Virus genome (UHGV): UHGV-0248979
DNA length: 64,000 nucleotides
Direction: 5' to 3' (one strand)
DNA from: a virus
The translations under genes and the position numbers were made by a program. Under the pieces are notes generated by a model, which saw nothing but the letters and a program-made list of their open reading frames with translations, made no database searches and was not told the origin of the DNA. The first letter of the stretch is position 1, and each line of letters starts with the position of its first letter. Below, piece after piece: positions 9,726 to 19,430 of this stretch.

Positions 9726-10274
9726 TTAAATAGGGCGTTCTAAAAGGTAGTGTTCGATCAGTGTTTCCAACTCCCGGAATAAATGCGCTGTTTGGTTTAC
9801 CAACGCTTTGTCTTCGTCGGACTCCGGTTTAAGGAACGTCGATTCATAAGGTTGAATTAGCGCGAGTAATTTACCCAATTTATAAGCGGCAACCTCAGGA
9901 CTGGACGTCCCAAAATAAGTGTCTAGCCATCGGTATTCTGCCAAGTCGTTTCGTTTATTTAAAGCATCGGGCAATGGTAGCCATTCAATTGAACTCCTGT
10001 TAATTGCTCGTTGGTATTCGTTAATGAGAAATGCTAAACGTTGATAAAGAATGTCAATGTTATTAACGCGCAATTCGAGGAAACCGCGAAGGCTGGGGCG
10101 AAAGGGTTCTTCATTTATGTTTAAAGGCAATGTAAGCAATTGTAAGCCGGTAAAGACTCTGACATAGGGGTTGTGGGTGTTCTTATGGAACTCCTGCTTC
10201 AAAGACTCTCTGAGGGCTTTTAAACGGTTATTCTCTAACCGTTGTTTAAAACGAGTTATTATTCCTGTTAACAT
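9726..10274 (-). CDS. hypothetical protein (182 aa)
   Basis: ORF. Confidence 0.5.
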   Translation of the reverse strand: MLTGIITRFKQRLENNRLKALRESLKQEFHKNTHNPYVRVFTGLQLLTLPLNINEEPFRPSLRGFLELRVNNIDILYQRLAFLINEYQRAINRSSIEWLPLPDALNKRNDLAEYRWLDTYFGTSSPEVAAYKLGKLLALIQPYESTFLKPESDEDKALVNQTAHLFRELETLIEHYLLERPI

Positions 10275-10345
10275 AATTCACTCCTAAAGAATGTCTCACG
10301 TAGATAATATCTGTCTGACTTCTTTTTGAAATTGAGGTAGTAAGA

Positions 10346-10810
10346 ATGGCTGACGAAGAAGTGAAATATCAGGCGTTTGATGGAGATGTGGACGACGAAG
10401 AATCGCTTCTCCGCCAAACGCAACAAGCCCGTGTACGGATTGTGAACCTCATCTTAGACGATCCACAAGCACACAAAGACTTGAAAACGGTAGACCGTCT
10501 AGGGTCTTTGCTTAACGACGTTGATAAACAAATCATTTCCAAACGTCGTGTCGCCGCTGCACAGAAAAACAGCGAAGCTAACCAAGATTTGGCGAATGCA
10601 CTTAATAGCATCCTCATGCAACGTGGTAATATCAAAATACGACGTCATGATGAGGAAATCGAAGAAACCCAGGGCTACCAGCCCCCCGTTCCTGCTATTC
10701 CCAATGTTGAGGTAACAGAAGGGGAGCTGGCACCAGTAGGTGAACAAATCGATGTTAAGTCCATTATGATGGCGGCGTTTGCACGTCCTGAACAGGACGA
10801 GCAAGACTAA
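10346..10810 (+). CDS. acidic hypothetical protein (154 aa)
   Basis: Lone plus-strand ORF in minus block; D/E-rich N- and C-termini; SD GAGG upstream. Confidence 0.5.
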   Translation: MADEEVKYQAFDGDVDDEESLLRQTQQARVRIVNLILDDPQAHKDLKTVDRLGSLLNDVDKQIISKRRVAAAQKNSEANQDLANALNSILMQRGNIKIRRHDEEIEETQGYQPPVPAIPNVEVTEGELAPVGEQIDVKSIMMAAFARPEQDEQD

Positions 10811-11486
10811 ATAAAGCAGCATCCCGTGGGTCGACACCGACCCACTCTGCCATAAACCGGATATGTTCCTTAAACGGGTTAACGCCGTCTTGTTTGATTT
10901 GTTCAACCAACACGCCGGTCAATTCTGGTGTGAGCATGGCAGGGTGTGTGATGGTAAAGCTTGGAATCGGTTTTTTCAAGTGCGAAGCGTTAAGCTTAAT
11001 CCACTCGAACCAATCGTACATTATCCAGCAATCCCACGCCAATGATAATCTCCCCGGTGTGAGGTCTTCTAACGACCAAGACACCAATTCGACTTGTACG
11101 TTATTGTAATACATCCGAAACAGATTCAAAAAGGCTTGAAGTTCTTCGCCTGTTAAATCCGTATAAGGCCATGTATTGATGGTCAGAGTAGGTTTTTCAA
11201 TTGGCGAATGCATTTCGATTTCAAGCATCATACACTCGAATTCGTTTTTCATCGTTGCCAATAATTCAGTAGGCTGCGCATTAATCAAAGCGCGCTTATC
11301 CCGCTTCCGCCACTCTTCATCCCATTTTTCAAACCCGAGTACACCCGCCCATGCTTCTGTATAGCGACGCCGATAAACATCGTAGTCTAGTAAGGCTAAG
11401 CTTTCAGGCTTAATGGCTTTTACCCAACCTAAACGCGTATCAAATAACGTATCAATATCGATTAAGAAACGTCGAGATAATCTCAT
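10764..11486 (-). CDS. hypothetical protein (240 aa)
   Basis: ORF; 3' end convergently overlaps the plus-strand gene. Confidence 0.45.
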   Translation of the reverse strand: MRLSRRFLIDIDTLFDTRLGWVKAIKPESLALLDYDVYRRRYTEAWAGVLGFEKWDEEWRKRDKRALINAQPTELLATMKNEFECMMLEIEMHSPIEKPTLTINTWPYTDLTGEELQAFLNLFRMYYNNVQVELVSWSLEDLTPGRLSLAWDCWIMYDWFEWIKLNASHLKKPIPSFTITHPAMLTPELTGVLVEQIKQDGVNPFKEHIRFMAEWVGVDPRDAALFSLARPVQDVQTPPS

Positions 11487-12151
11487 GACGGATGGCCTAT
11501 GTTGTTACCGATATGCATCGCTTTGAGGTACGCTGACCACGTCCGTGTTGCTTTAGAACTCGTTCGCTCAGCTCCAGGCAAATCGATACGTCCTTTACCG
11601 GTTTGGCGCAGCGACTGATAGAAAGCACGTTGTAGTGCGTCGTTACCACCACGCGCCCACAAGAACTCTTTCAGTGTCCAGTCGTGACCATCGGAATACA
11701 TGATGTATGCTTCTGGGAAGGAGACCCCGGATGCTTTGGAAGGACCGACAACTTGACCGGAGAGTTTATCGCGAACTTTGTCGTTCTTCGCAACCGCCAT
11801 TTTCTTCTCTTGCATCTGCGTCTGACGACGGACAGGCAAGCGTAAGACCAAGTGAGGGTAACGAGTACGGTGATAAACACCTGTTTTTGGTTCTGTTAGC
11901 CACAACCGTTGCTCCAGGTTTACCCCTAGGATTTTGCACACCTCGATATTGCGCAGGTGGTCAATTTCGACTTTACTTCCCACCGGGTTGTAAATAGGTA
12001 AACCGTTACGAAGTCGGTTAAACTGTTCGTCGGTCATTCGTGCGAAGGCTTTCTTCGCGGCTTCGGCATTAATGCCAGAAGGGTCTACCAACTTTAAGAT
12101 TTGTAAGGCGTAGGCTTCCGCCTTTTTACGCCGCGCTGGTTCGAGTTTCAT
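11483..12151 (-). CDS. hypothetical protein (222 aa)
   Basis: ORF. Confidence 0.5.
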   Translation of the reverse strand: MKLEPARRKKAEAYALQILKLVDPSGINAEAAKKAFARMTDEQFNRLRNGLPIYNPVGSKVEIDHLRNIEVCKILGVNLEQRLWLTEPKTGVYHRTRYPHLVLRLPVRRQTQMQEKKMAVAKNDKVRDKLSGQVVGPSKASGVSFPEAYIMYSDGHDWTLKEFLWARGGNDALQRAFYQSLRQTGKGRIDLPGAERTSSKATRTWSAYLKAMHIGNNIGHPS

Positions 12152-12425
12152 TGTCTACCGCCTTACGTAAATTGGATAACGTTTCTGCTTCAAGCAGGTC
12201 AATCCAGTAGCTGATAGCTTCCGTGTTTTCAGGAAGTTCGGAACGTACTGGCGCATACCCGTAACGTACTAATAGATTCGAGTAATACTCAGCGACCTTT
12301 AAACAAAAGGATTCCAGATCGGGAAACGGAAGAGTGAAGGCTTCACGAAATTCGGCCGCTGTTTCTAAATTAACACTTGCCAATCCTTCACTTAAGCGTT
12401 CCACAATCTCCGTTTGATAACGCAT
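12126..12425 (-). CDS. hypothetical protein (99 aa)
   Basis: ORF with SD AGGAG. Confidence 0.5.
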   Translation of the reverse strand: MRYQTEIVERLSEGLASVNLETAAEFREAFTLPFPDLESFCLKVAEYYSNLLVRYGYAPVRSELPENTEAISYWIDLLEAETLSNLRKAVDNETRTSAA

Positions 12426-12469
12426 GATGACTCCTTAGGTCGGGTAGGGTTTACCCTACCCGATCCTAT

Positions 12470-13966
12470 TTATTTCTTTTTCGTCAGGAACTTCGGTTCT
12501 AGTCCATCGACAGCCATACCCAGAATAGTACGTGCAGTCAGTGTACGTTTACCACCTTTGGTTTCCTGGTCTTTAAACATCCAGTATTCTACCGTGTTAT
12601 CCAGAATTTCATTCCAGTCCCACTTCTCGTCAATCAGTTTGTAAATCTCACCCATGCTGAGATGATACTTCATTTCAAGACGGTGGTAGTTGTTTTGCAT
12701 ATACGCGATTGCCGCCGTGATTTCTAAAGCGCGACGTAAGCGTGCGTTATCAGAAATCATATCACGGATTGTCGTACGTTGGAATTTCACACCAGGTAAA
12801 ATGTCCAGTTCTTTGATAGAACCGCCACTACCGCTTGACGTAAAACCAAAGTCTGACTTCTTCAGCGTGTCACTTAAATAGTGCCACAGGCTCAGGTGAT
12901 ATAACAGACCCATTTCCTGAGAGAAGATCATCTGGAATTTCACACCGGTGTGACCACCCTTCGCACGATACTGAGTAAAGGTGATAATCTTCAAGTCGTT
13001 TACCGAAGCATTCATCGCTTTAGAACGTGACGTCGGATAAAGTTCTTCGTTAACACCGGTCTGTGCGTTATAGCTCTGGTCTTTCTTCAACTCCCCTGAT
13101 TTCGTCGCGACGATAAAAGAGTTTGTTAAAAAGCTAAGCTGACGGCGAGGAATACCTGCGAATTTTAAATCGTCGTTGGCATCGTCAAGAATTTTCGCAT
13201 TTGCTTTTTGTGCCTGACGACCACCTGCCATCGCTTTCCCAGAGTCATCGGCCATCTGTGCCACGAAACCCATATAGAAACCACCGCGTGCAAACGCAGA
13301 CGGCCAGCGGCTCATCATGTTCGATTTTTGCAGTGCATCGTGGGCGTTCAGGATGTTCTGATCAGAATCACCGATATCTGTTTTTGCGTGTTTGTCTTCC
13401 AGCGAACTGGAATGCCACTCTGACAAAGAGTCGATAGAATAAAGCCAGGGGTCCAGGATTTCTTTTAACTTCCGACGAACCGGATCGGGGAACGGCGTTA
13501 CACGGGTTTTACCAGACATATACTGCTTGAAGCGTTTTTCAACTTCGTCACGAATATAATCACTGTAATACTGTTCCCCAGGCATTACATCAGAACCGAC
13601 CAGGTTATAACGACCTTCGTGGATGAGTTCCAATACGGACGTTCCGTCGTCGATACCGTTGGCGTTCATGGCAGAGATGTACCCAGTTTCTAAACGATCG
13701 AGGGCGGCGGACACTTCTGTATCGTACTTAGAACCCCACTCTGCTTTATAACGTTGCAGGATTTGGAAGATACAGAAATCTAACAAAGTGGATTTAAAGG
13801 TGTTACCGCGACCTGCGAAACCCATGATGTGGGCAAAACCACCGTTAAGGTAGTACAAACCATCTTCACCTTTTTCGTAGTTACCTAAGGCATGATCCAT
13901 GATGGTGTAAACGTTAAAACGTGGACGAATTACTTCACCGATAACTTGCTTAGTTGGGCCTGCCAT
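12470..13966 (-). CDS. hypothetical protein (498 aa)
   Basis: Long ORF; no motif recognised with confidence. Confidence 0.55.
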   Translation of the reverse strand: MAGPTKQVIGEVIRPRFNVYTIMDHALGNYEKGEDGLYYLNGGFAHIMGFAGRGNTFKSTLLDFCIFQILQRYKAEWGSKYDTEVSAALDRLETGYISAMNANGIDDGTSVLELIHEGRYNLVGSDVMPGEQYYSDYIRDEVEKRFKQYMSGKTRVTPFPDPVRRKLKEILDPWLYSIDSLSEWHSSSLEDKHAKTDIGDSDQNILNAHDALQKSNMMSRWPSAFARGGFYMGFVAQMADDSGKAMAGGRQAQKANAKILDDANDDLKFAGIPRRQLSFLTNSFIVATKSGELKKDQSYNAQTGVNEELYPTSRSKAMNASVNDLKIITFTQYRAKGGHTGVKFQMIFSQEMGLLYHLSLWHYLSDTLKKSDFGFTSSGSGGSIKELDILPGVKFQRTTIRDMISDNARLRRALEITAAIAYMQNNYHRLEMKYHLSMGEIYKLIDEKWDWNEILDNTVEYWMFKDQETKGGKRTLTARTILGMAVDGLEPKFLTKKK

Positions 13967-13981
13967 TTAGCGCTCCGATAA

Positions 13982-14281
13982 TTAACGATTCTTGGTCGGA
14001 AGAAGAAGACGGCGGTTGTGCCAGAATTCAAAGTAGGTCTCTACCCACTCAGTAACTTCTTCCGCATTTTCAGGATAAGGGTTTTCAATAGACTCGAAAC
14101 GGCGTTTGTTACGCTCGTCAATTTCCAGTTCCATAACACGTTTACCGCTCGGGCACGACGTTACGCTCAAGACTTTTCCAACTTGAATAGGCTTACCGTT
14201 CTGACCTTTTTTAACAGGGCTCAGATAAATTTCCGGTTCTAAACGCGGTGTGGTGTTTCGAGTCAGTAATTTGATTTTCAT
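13982..14281 (-). CDS. hypothetical protein (99 aa)
   Basis: ORF. Confidence 0.5.
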   Translation of the reverse strand: MKIKLLTRNTTPRLEPEIYLSPVKKGQNGKPIQVGKVLSVTSCPSGKRVMELEIDERNKRRFESIENPYPENAEEVTEWVETYFEFWHNRRLLLPTKNR

Positions 14282-14379
14282 CGAGCTTTACCTTTATGGA
14301 ATTGTCTCGGTCATAAGGTTTGGGTGAACTGTAAAAAGACTTTACTATGTAACCCTGACTTATAATCCGAGGTTTTAGA

Positions 14380-15135
14380 ATGAATGTAAATCCACTTGCA
14401 GCGTTATCTAGCTTCGCCGCTAAAGCGTCTGCAATCTTACCGAAAGGCTTTAGTGGCCCTCAACAAGAGATTGCATTAACCACTTATGACGAGATGTCGG
14501 ACGTTTCCAAGTGGATGCAACAAGAAAAATTCCTTCACTTTGCGGGAATGTTGGTTATCGTTCCACCTGGGTTTAATACCTACGTGATGGATCATTTGAA
14601 CCGCTTAGAATCCGTATGGAGTTCACTGCAAAACATTTATACGGGTATTCTGTTCCCGGTCGATAAACAACTTTCGGCCCTTACACATGATGTGGGTGTA
14701 CTGTCATTACCGATTGGTTTCCGTTACAAAAATGTTAATATACCTTTACGTAACGTTAACCCGAAAGATCTGGTTAACTTGTTAGCGAAATCGTACACTA
14801 ACAACGTTATTGACCAGCGACCAATCGAGAAGACGTATCACAGCGCGTCCGAAATTGATGTTGCGTTCAATCGTGCTAAGGCACTGAACGTTGAAATCAC
14901 AAAACGTCTACGGACAAACATCGACAAGTCAATCGAGTCTATTCGCACTACGTCAGAAATCTTGTCAGAACAAAACATTCATCCGAATGTAGCAAAAGAA
15001 CTGACGATGATGTTAGATTTTGCTTCCGATTGGGTGGAGCTGTTTGGTTTGTTCATGAAACAGGTTAACGAATTAATCGAATGCCTGAACGTTACTGCCG
15101 AACGCTTAAAAGCGCTTAAGGCAAACAAAAAATAA
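14380..15135 (+). CDS. hypothetical protein (251 aa)
   Basis: Plus-strand ORF with GAGG RBS, followed by bidirectional terminator. Confidence 0.55.
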   Translation: MNVNPLAALSSFAAKASAILPKGFSGPQQEIALTTYDEMSDVSKWMQQEKFLHFAGMLVIVPPGFNTYVMDHLNRLESVWSSLQNIYTGILFPVDKQLSALTHDVGVLSLPIGFRYKNVNIPLRNVNPKDLVNLLAKSYTNNVIDQRPIEKTYHSASEIDVAFNRAKALNVEITKRLRTNIDKSIESIRTTSEILSEQNIHPNVAKELTMMLDFASDWVELFGLFMKQVNELIECLNVTAERLKALKANKK

Positions 15136-15147
15136 AAAAGTAAAGCT

Positions 15148-15173
15148 ACCCCTAGACCACACGGTCTAGGGGT
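15148..15173. terminator. bidirectional hairpin terminator (CCCCTAGACC...GGTCTAGGGG)
   Basis: 10-bp stem between convergent genes; A-run upstream, T-run downstream. Confidence 0.6.
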
Positions 15174-15180
15174 AAACTAT

Positions 15181-16080
15181 TTATTTCCCACGATAAAATC
15201 CAGAGATGTAGCTTGGCGCTATCCATCGCCATTCGCGCCAACGCATTTCTGACATTTTACCACACCATACACGCTTCCAATGAGCACGACGGATATGTGC
15301 TGCGCAATAAATCGCCAAACAAACCTCGTGTCCCTCCTTGCGTTGTTGTTCTATATCTTCCCATTGTACCGGACTTACGTCTAAAACGACCGCTTCACTA
15401 CGTGGGCGAATCTCTGTATCAGGAACATAACGAATGGTCCTCCCGCGAAATTCTTTCTTCTCACGTTCAGTTCGTTTAATTCGCGATGAAAGATATAGTC
15501 CGATATAGACGGCGTCGAGTAGTCGTTGATTCTCCTTAACCGAAGTAAGGAGCGGCTTTAACTCCACGAAATCATCATTACTTTTATCGATCGTGTAAAT
15601 CTCAAACTCCATGTATACCGACTCGTCATGTTCTTCGCATGACATCACAAAGAGAACTTCTTCACCTTCGTAAAGACGTCTTCCGATAAATAACGTGATT
15701 GGACATTCGTCGAGATTTACGGTAACCGAGAAAGTAAATGAAGGGATGGTTTCTATCCAGAAGTACGGGATATTTTTTAGTCTCTCAGTTTTTGCTAAGA
15801 GCGCCATCAGTTCTTCATCCGAGATGATTTCAACAGCAGCGTATTGCCATCCTAGTCCCAGGGACTGCTTAATCAGTCTGGGAATCTGTTCGGTAACGCC
15901 ATATTCACGATAGGTCGGATCTTTAACTGGCATAAACGTTACGGGTATTTGTCGTTTATGCTCGTTAATGAACCGAATAAAACGGCACTGATCTAATCCG
16001 TGAATTGTTTGGTGTGCTTTTTCTATCTGTTCGCTCATGCGTCTTAGCGCTTTCCCGTAAAGTCTATTATTCGTTGTCAT
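15181..16080 (-). CDS. hypothetical protein, tandem paralog A (299 aa), conserved C-terminal AAHIRRAHWKRVW motif
   Basis: Shares C-terminal motif and internal blocks with the 16106-17032 gene; start moved to ATG with SD AGGAGC. Confidence 0.55.
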   Translation of the reverse strand: MTTNNRLYGKALRRMSEQIEKAHQTIHGLDQCRFIRFINEHKRQIPVTFMPVKDPTYREYGVTEQIPRLIKQSLGLGWQYAAVEIISDEELMALLAKTERLKNIPYFWIETIPSFTFSVTVNLDECPITLFIGRRLYEGEEVLFVMSCEEHDESVYMEFEIYTIDKSNDDFVELKPLLTSVKENQRLLDAVYIGLYLSSRIKRTEREKKEFRGRTIRYVPDTEIRPRSEAVVLDVSPVQWEDIEQQRKEGHEVCLAIYCAAHIRRAHWKRVWCGKMSEMRWREWRWIAPSYISGFYRGK

Positions 16081-16105
16081 TTTAATGCTCCTAAACACTT
16101 TTAGC

Positions 16106-17032
16106 TTAATTGTGGGGTACGTAGCCACGGACAAATGTAGGTGGAATCCAACAAAGTTTTCTTTTTCTTTCCCCATCTCTTGGACCGACCCAATATCTGC
16201 GCCAGTGCGCGCGACGAATATGTGCGGCCTTGGCGTGTTTGATACCTTCCATGGTTTTCAAGTCGGTGTTAAATCCCTTTAGATATTTCACTTGTTCTGG
16301 TGTGATGTCTATTTTAACGTCACGTTCACGAGGTTTGATTTCGTGACTTATGCTACCATTCTTTTTGATTTCTTTGAACTTAATGTCATTGAAAGACCCT
16401 CTGAGATTGGGCGGGATTAGCGTACAGAGAAATATCAACGATATGGCGGTTTTGGCCAGTGATAACCATAACGTCTTCTCTTGTTCGGTCTGTACGCCAG
16501 TTGTATAATCGATTTCAACAAGCCCGTTTCCAACACTACATATCTCTAACGAGCAGGTGGCGATTGTGGTAACGCCTTCTGTTAACCCGTAATCAGTATT
16601 TGTAGCAATTATAATAAACCTTCTATTCCCATTTTTTCGATAACCGAGAAAGAAAGTCTCATCTTCTTTACCTACATCGATTGCTACAGTCCAAGTAGGT
16701 ATAAAGTCTAACCACTCTTCAGGGAATTTACTGGGCATCTCAGTCTCGAAAACAAGTTCTCTAAGTGCTCGATCGGATATTAAGGAAGCACCACCGTATA
16801 GCCATCCAATTGCCAATGTTTGAGCGTGAAGAGAACGGGGATCTTTGAGACCTAACTCAGCGTCGTAGGGTATAAAGGCATTAGTTAAATGCTTACGATT
16901 CTTTTTTATCCATTTCGAGACGGGATTTTCTTTTGTTTGATTTTCTTCCATGACATTTTCTAGATGCTGACTCCCCATTTGTCTAAGGCAGTCTTTAACA
17001 CCTTTTACTTTTTTACTTTTGTACAAATACAC
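16106..17032 (-). CDS. hypothetical protein, tandem paralog B (308 aa), conserved C-terminal AAHIRRAHWRRYW motif
   Basis: Paralogy with the 15181-16080 gene. Confidence 0.55.
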   Translation of the reverse strand: MYLYKSKKVKGVKDCLRQMGSQHLENVMEENQTKENPVSKWIKKNRKHLTNAFIPYDAELGLKDPRSLHAQTLAIGWLYGGASLISDRALRELVFETEMPSKFPEEWLDFIPTWTVAIDVGKEDETFFLGYRKNGNRRFIIIATNTDYGLTEGVTTIATCSLEICSVGNGLVEIDYTTGVQTEQEKTLWLSLAKTAISLIFLCTLIPPNLRGSFNDIKFKEIKKNGSISHEIKPRERDVKIDITPEQVKYLKGFNTDLKTMEGIKHAKAAHIRRAHWRRYWVGPRDGERKRKLCWIPPTFVRGYVPHN

Positions 17033-17065
17033 GGTATATTCTCCTAAAATGGTTAAAAATAAAGT

Positions 17066-17085
17066 TACCCTAGCCGAAGCTAGGG
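17066..17085 (-). terminator. hairpin ACCCTAGC-CGAA-GCTAGGGT
   Basis: 8-bp stem with tetraloop, A-rich upstream on plus strand. Confidence 0.45.
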
Positions 17086-17091
17086 TGTCTA

Positions 17092-17580
17092 TTAGTCGAT
17101 TTTGACGTAGTCGGGATAGTTAGCTTTTAACCACTCCCATAGCTGTAAGGAAAGTAGGTTTTCACTACGTTCGATGATTTCCATGATATCTGCCACGTAA
17201 GACCCACCAATCCAAATTCGTCTATAAAAATTTTCCCATTCCGGTTCTGTATAGGGAACAATCGGTGTAGGAAATTTCTCTAAATTGTACGCATCGGTAA
17301 CTTTTCTTAAGAACTGATACCGGCAATCGCGAAGGCGTTGTCGAACGTCTGTTTCTGTTATGTGGTCGTTTGATGGATTGAAGAAATCAAACAGGTTAGC
17401 TGTGTATGCTATTATGCTCTGGCAACTGAAGTAGGCCGCAGCGTAATCTGCCATCCAAGGAGTGGAAGCAACCATTGGGGCCAACTTTTCTTCTATTTCT
17501 TTTCTTACACGCGCACCGTGATTGAGAAATTCATGCACAATATCACTTTTACTAAGATTGATAATATCATTTACGTTCAT
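17092..17580 (-). CDS. hypothetical protein (162 aa)
   Basis: ORF. Confidence 0.5.
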   Translation of the reverse strand: MNVNDIINLSKSDIVHEFLNHGARVRKEIEEKLAPMVASTPWMADYAAAYFSCQSIIAYTANLFDFFNPSNDHITETDVRQRLRDCRYQFLRKVTDAYNLEKFPTPIVPYTEPEWENFYRRIWIGGSYVADIMEIIERSENLLSLQLWEWLKANYPDYVKID

Positions 17581-17581
17581 T

Positions 17582-18106
17582 TTACTGTCCTAAAATTGGG
17601 GTGAGTCTGTCTGCGGTGTTTAACAATGCTTTTGTAATTTCGTGGTTGGTCTCTTTTAGGATGGCGCAGCAGAGAGTGGTATAAACCTCGATTGCTAAAC
17701 CGATTTCTTGTTCAGTCAGACACGGTTCGGTGCCGCCAATCCCGTAACGCTGCGCTGCATACTCAATTTCAAGTTTCAAACGTTTTCGTAGTGCCTCGTC
17801 ATCAGTTAAACGCGCGCACGCCCGATCGAAACGTCTATTGTAAGCCTCGATCTTGTGGACAATTTCGCGTCGCAGTTGGTCGACCTTTACGTTATCATCA
17901 AGAGTGATGGTGACGTTGTCAACTAAACAGTAATGCACCGCGTGTCGTAAGTTGTGTAATGTGGCGGCAGTAACGACCCGCTCCTGATGGTCGCTAAAGC
18001 CGTGGGCACCACAGAGCTTGCGTGCAACCGCGCCAGAGATTTTCTCCTCTAACGCTATCGGCGTGGCAATGGTTGTTTTCTTACGAAGCTGAATTAAAAT
18101 ATCCAC
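17582..18106 (-). CDS. hypothetical protein (174 aa)
   Basis: ORF. Confidence 0.5.
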   Translation of the reverse strand: MDILIQLRKKTTIATPIALEEKISGAVARKLCGAHGFSDHQERVVTAATLHNLRHAVHYCLVDNVTITLDDNVKVDQLRREIVHKIEAYNRRFDRACARLTDDEALRKRLKLEIEYAAQRYGIGGTEPCLTEQEIGLAIEVYTTLCCAILKETNHEITKALLNTADRLTPILGQ

Positions 18107-18108
18107 GG

Positions 18109-18651
18109 TTATACTCCTTTAGGTTGTCCGTATTTTGACGATAGGTAGATGAGTTCAGCATGGCAGATTTTCTCAACTAACCCGAGTGTCTCAAGGAAAA
18201 TATCCCGGATACGGGACATCGTTTCGTTGGTAAGAATATCGCTCCAACATGTTGTGTCTATTATATCCGTCGTTGAAGATTGGCGCTGCAATATTGCGAC
18301 ATACACTTCGTCGAGGCTATCTGGTGCATTATTCTGTAAGTAATGGGCGGCATGTAGAAAGGCTTTCTCAAGAATCAGCTGAATATCCGTATCGGGATCA
18401 GTTACCCGTACTAAATGCGGGTATGTCATAGCCGAACTGATTTTTATCACTAACTGCTCAACGAGGTTATTCACCATCGCTTCTGAATCCAGGATAGTAA
18501 TATCAGCTCCATCGTGTTCTTCAGAAATCTTATTCTCATGCACTGCTATCGCATCGTGTAATTCAAACGCAACGCGACTTCGCATCTCACTTAACACTTT
18601 GTTTAATTTGTCCCGTGACTCGCTGAGTGAGAAATCGATAAGTATTTTCAT
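18109..18651 (-). CDS. hypothetical protein (180 aa)
   Basis: ORF. Confidence 0.5.
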   Translation of the reverse strand: MKILIDFSLSESRDKLNKVLSEMRSRVAFELHDAIAVHENKISEEHDGADITILDSEAMVNNLVEQLVIKISSAMTYPHLVRVTDPDTDIQLILEKAFLHAAHYLQNNAPDSLDEVYVAILQRQSSTTDIIDTTCWSDILTNETMSRIRDIFLETLGLVEKICHAELIYLSSKYGQPKGV

Positions 18652-19394
18652 TATACGTACTCCTGATAAATTGGCCGACCCCGATCTTCTCGAATCTGGC
18701 AGTATGTTACAACAATACCGTTAGGGATTTGTGCGCCGCTGTCTTCAAGGTAAATAACGCCCGTAGCTTCACAGAGATAAAACGACCACAATCGTGAGAT
18801 ACCAAGCCGTGCGTTCTCGTAGTGACTGAATGGCCAGAAACCACAGTGAATCTCATCATAGTCTCCCCGTTCTATCCCGTAAGCAATCATTTCTTTTTCC
18901 CACAACGTACATTCAGCGTCGTAAGTCGAAAACCAGAAACCAACGAGATTCTTTGTCCGCTTAACGTTCATTAAGTCGTTATAAATGGGAAAGAGTGCTT
19001 TATTGAAATTTTCTAACATCTCTGGAGAGAATAGAAAATTCATGTAGTATTCTAGCCATTGATAAACGGCTTCCCAGACATCTTCAGAAGAGAAATGTTC
19101 GAATACGGCGTCATCGCAATCGTAGTTATCGAAGATCCCTGAGAGATCTATTTCGACGACGCCGCGAAGGTCAAAGTTTCTGTTGGTATTGACAGCGTCA
19201 ATAACCTCAGCGATGAGACGAGTAAAGACGATTGTGCAGGCGGTTTGTGCGGTATAAAAGAATTCTCCTTGTACGGTTGACCACTTCGGGTCCTTCAAAT
19301 GTTCATTGAAGTATTGTGGCCAAATTTTATAAAAGATTCCCTCGAACAACGAGGGATTGATACGTTGTAATTGAGGGACATAAACTTTTAGCAT
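18651..19394 (-). CDS. hypothetical protein (247 aa)
   Basis: ORF. Confidence 0.5.
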   Translation of the reverse strand: MLKVYVPQLQRINPSLFEGIFYKIWPQYFNEHLKDPKWSTVQGEFFYTAQTACTIVFTRLIAEVIDAVNTNRNFDLRGVVEIDLSGIFDNYDCDDAVFEHFSSEDVWEAVYQWLEYYMNFLFSPEMLENFNKALFPIYNDLMNVKRTKNLVGFWFSTYDAECTLWEKEMIAYGIERGDYDEIHCGFWPFSHYENARLGISRLWSFYLCEATGVIYLEDSGAQIPNGIVVTYCQIREDRGRPIYQEYV

Positions 19395-19430
19395 TCTAAT
19401 AACTCCAATGGTGTTACACCTGGATAATAT

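Noticed and set aside
12441-12462. Hairpin GGTAGGGT-TT-ACCCTACC between two minus-strand genes as an intrinsic terminator
   Set aside because: The T-run is on the wrong side for a minus-strand transcript; more likely an RNA stability or processing element, so not annotated as a terminator.
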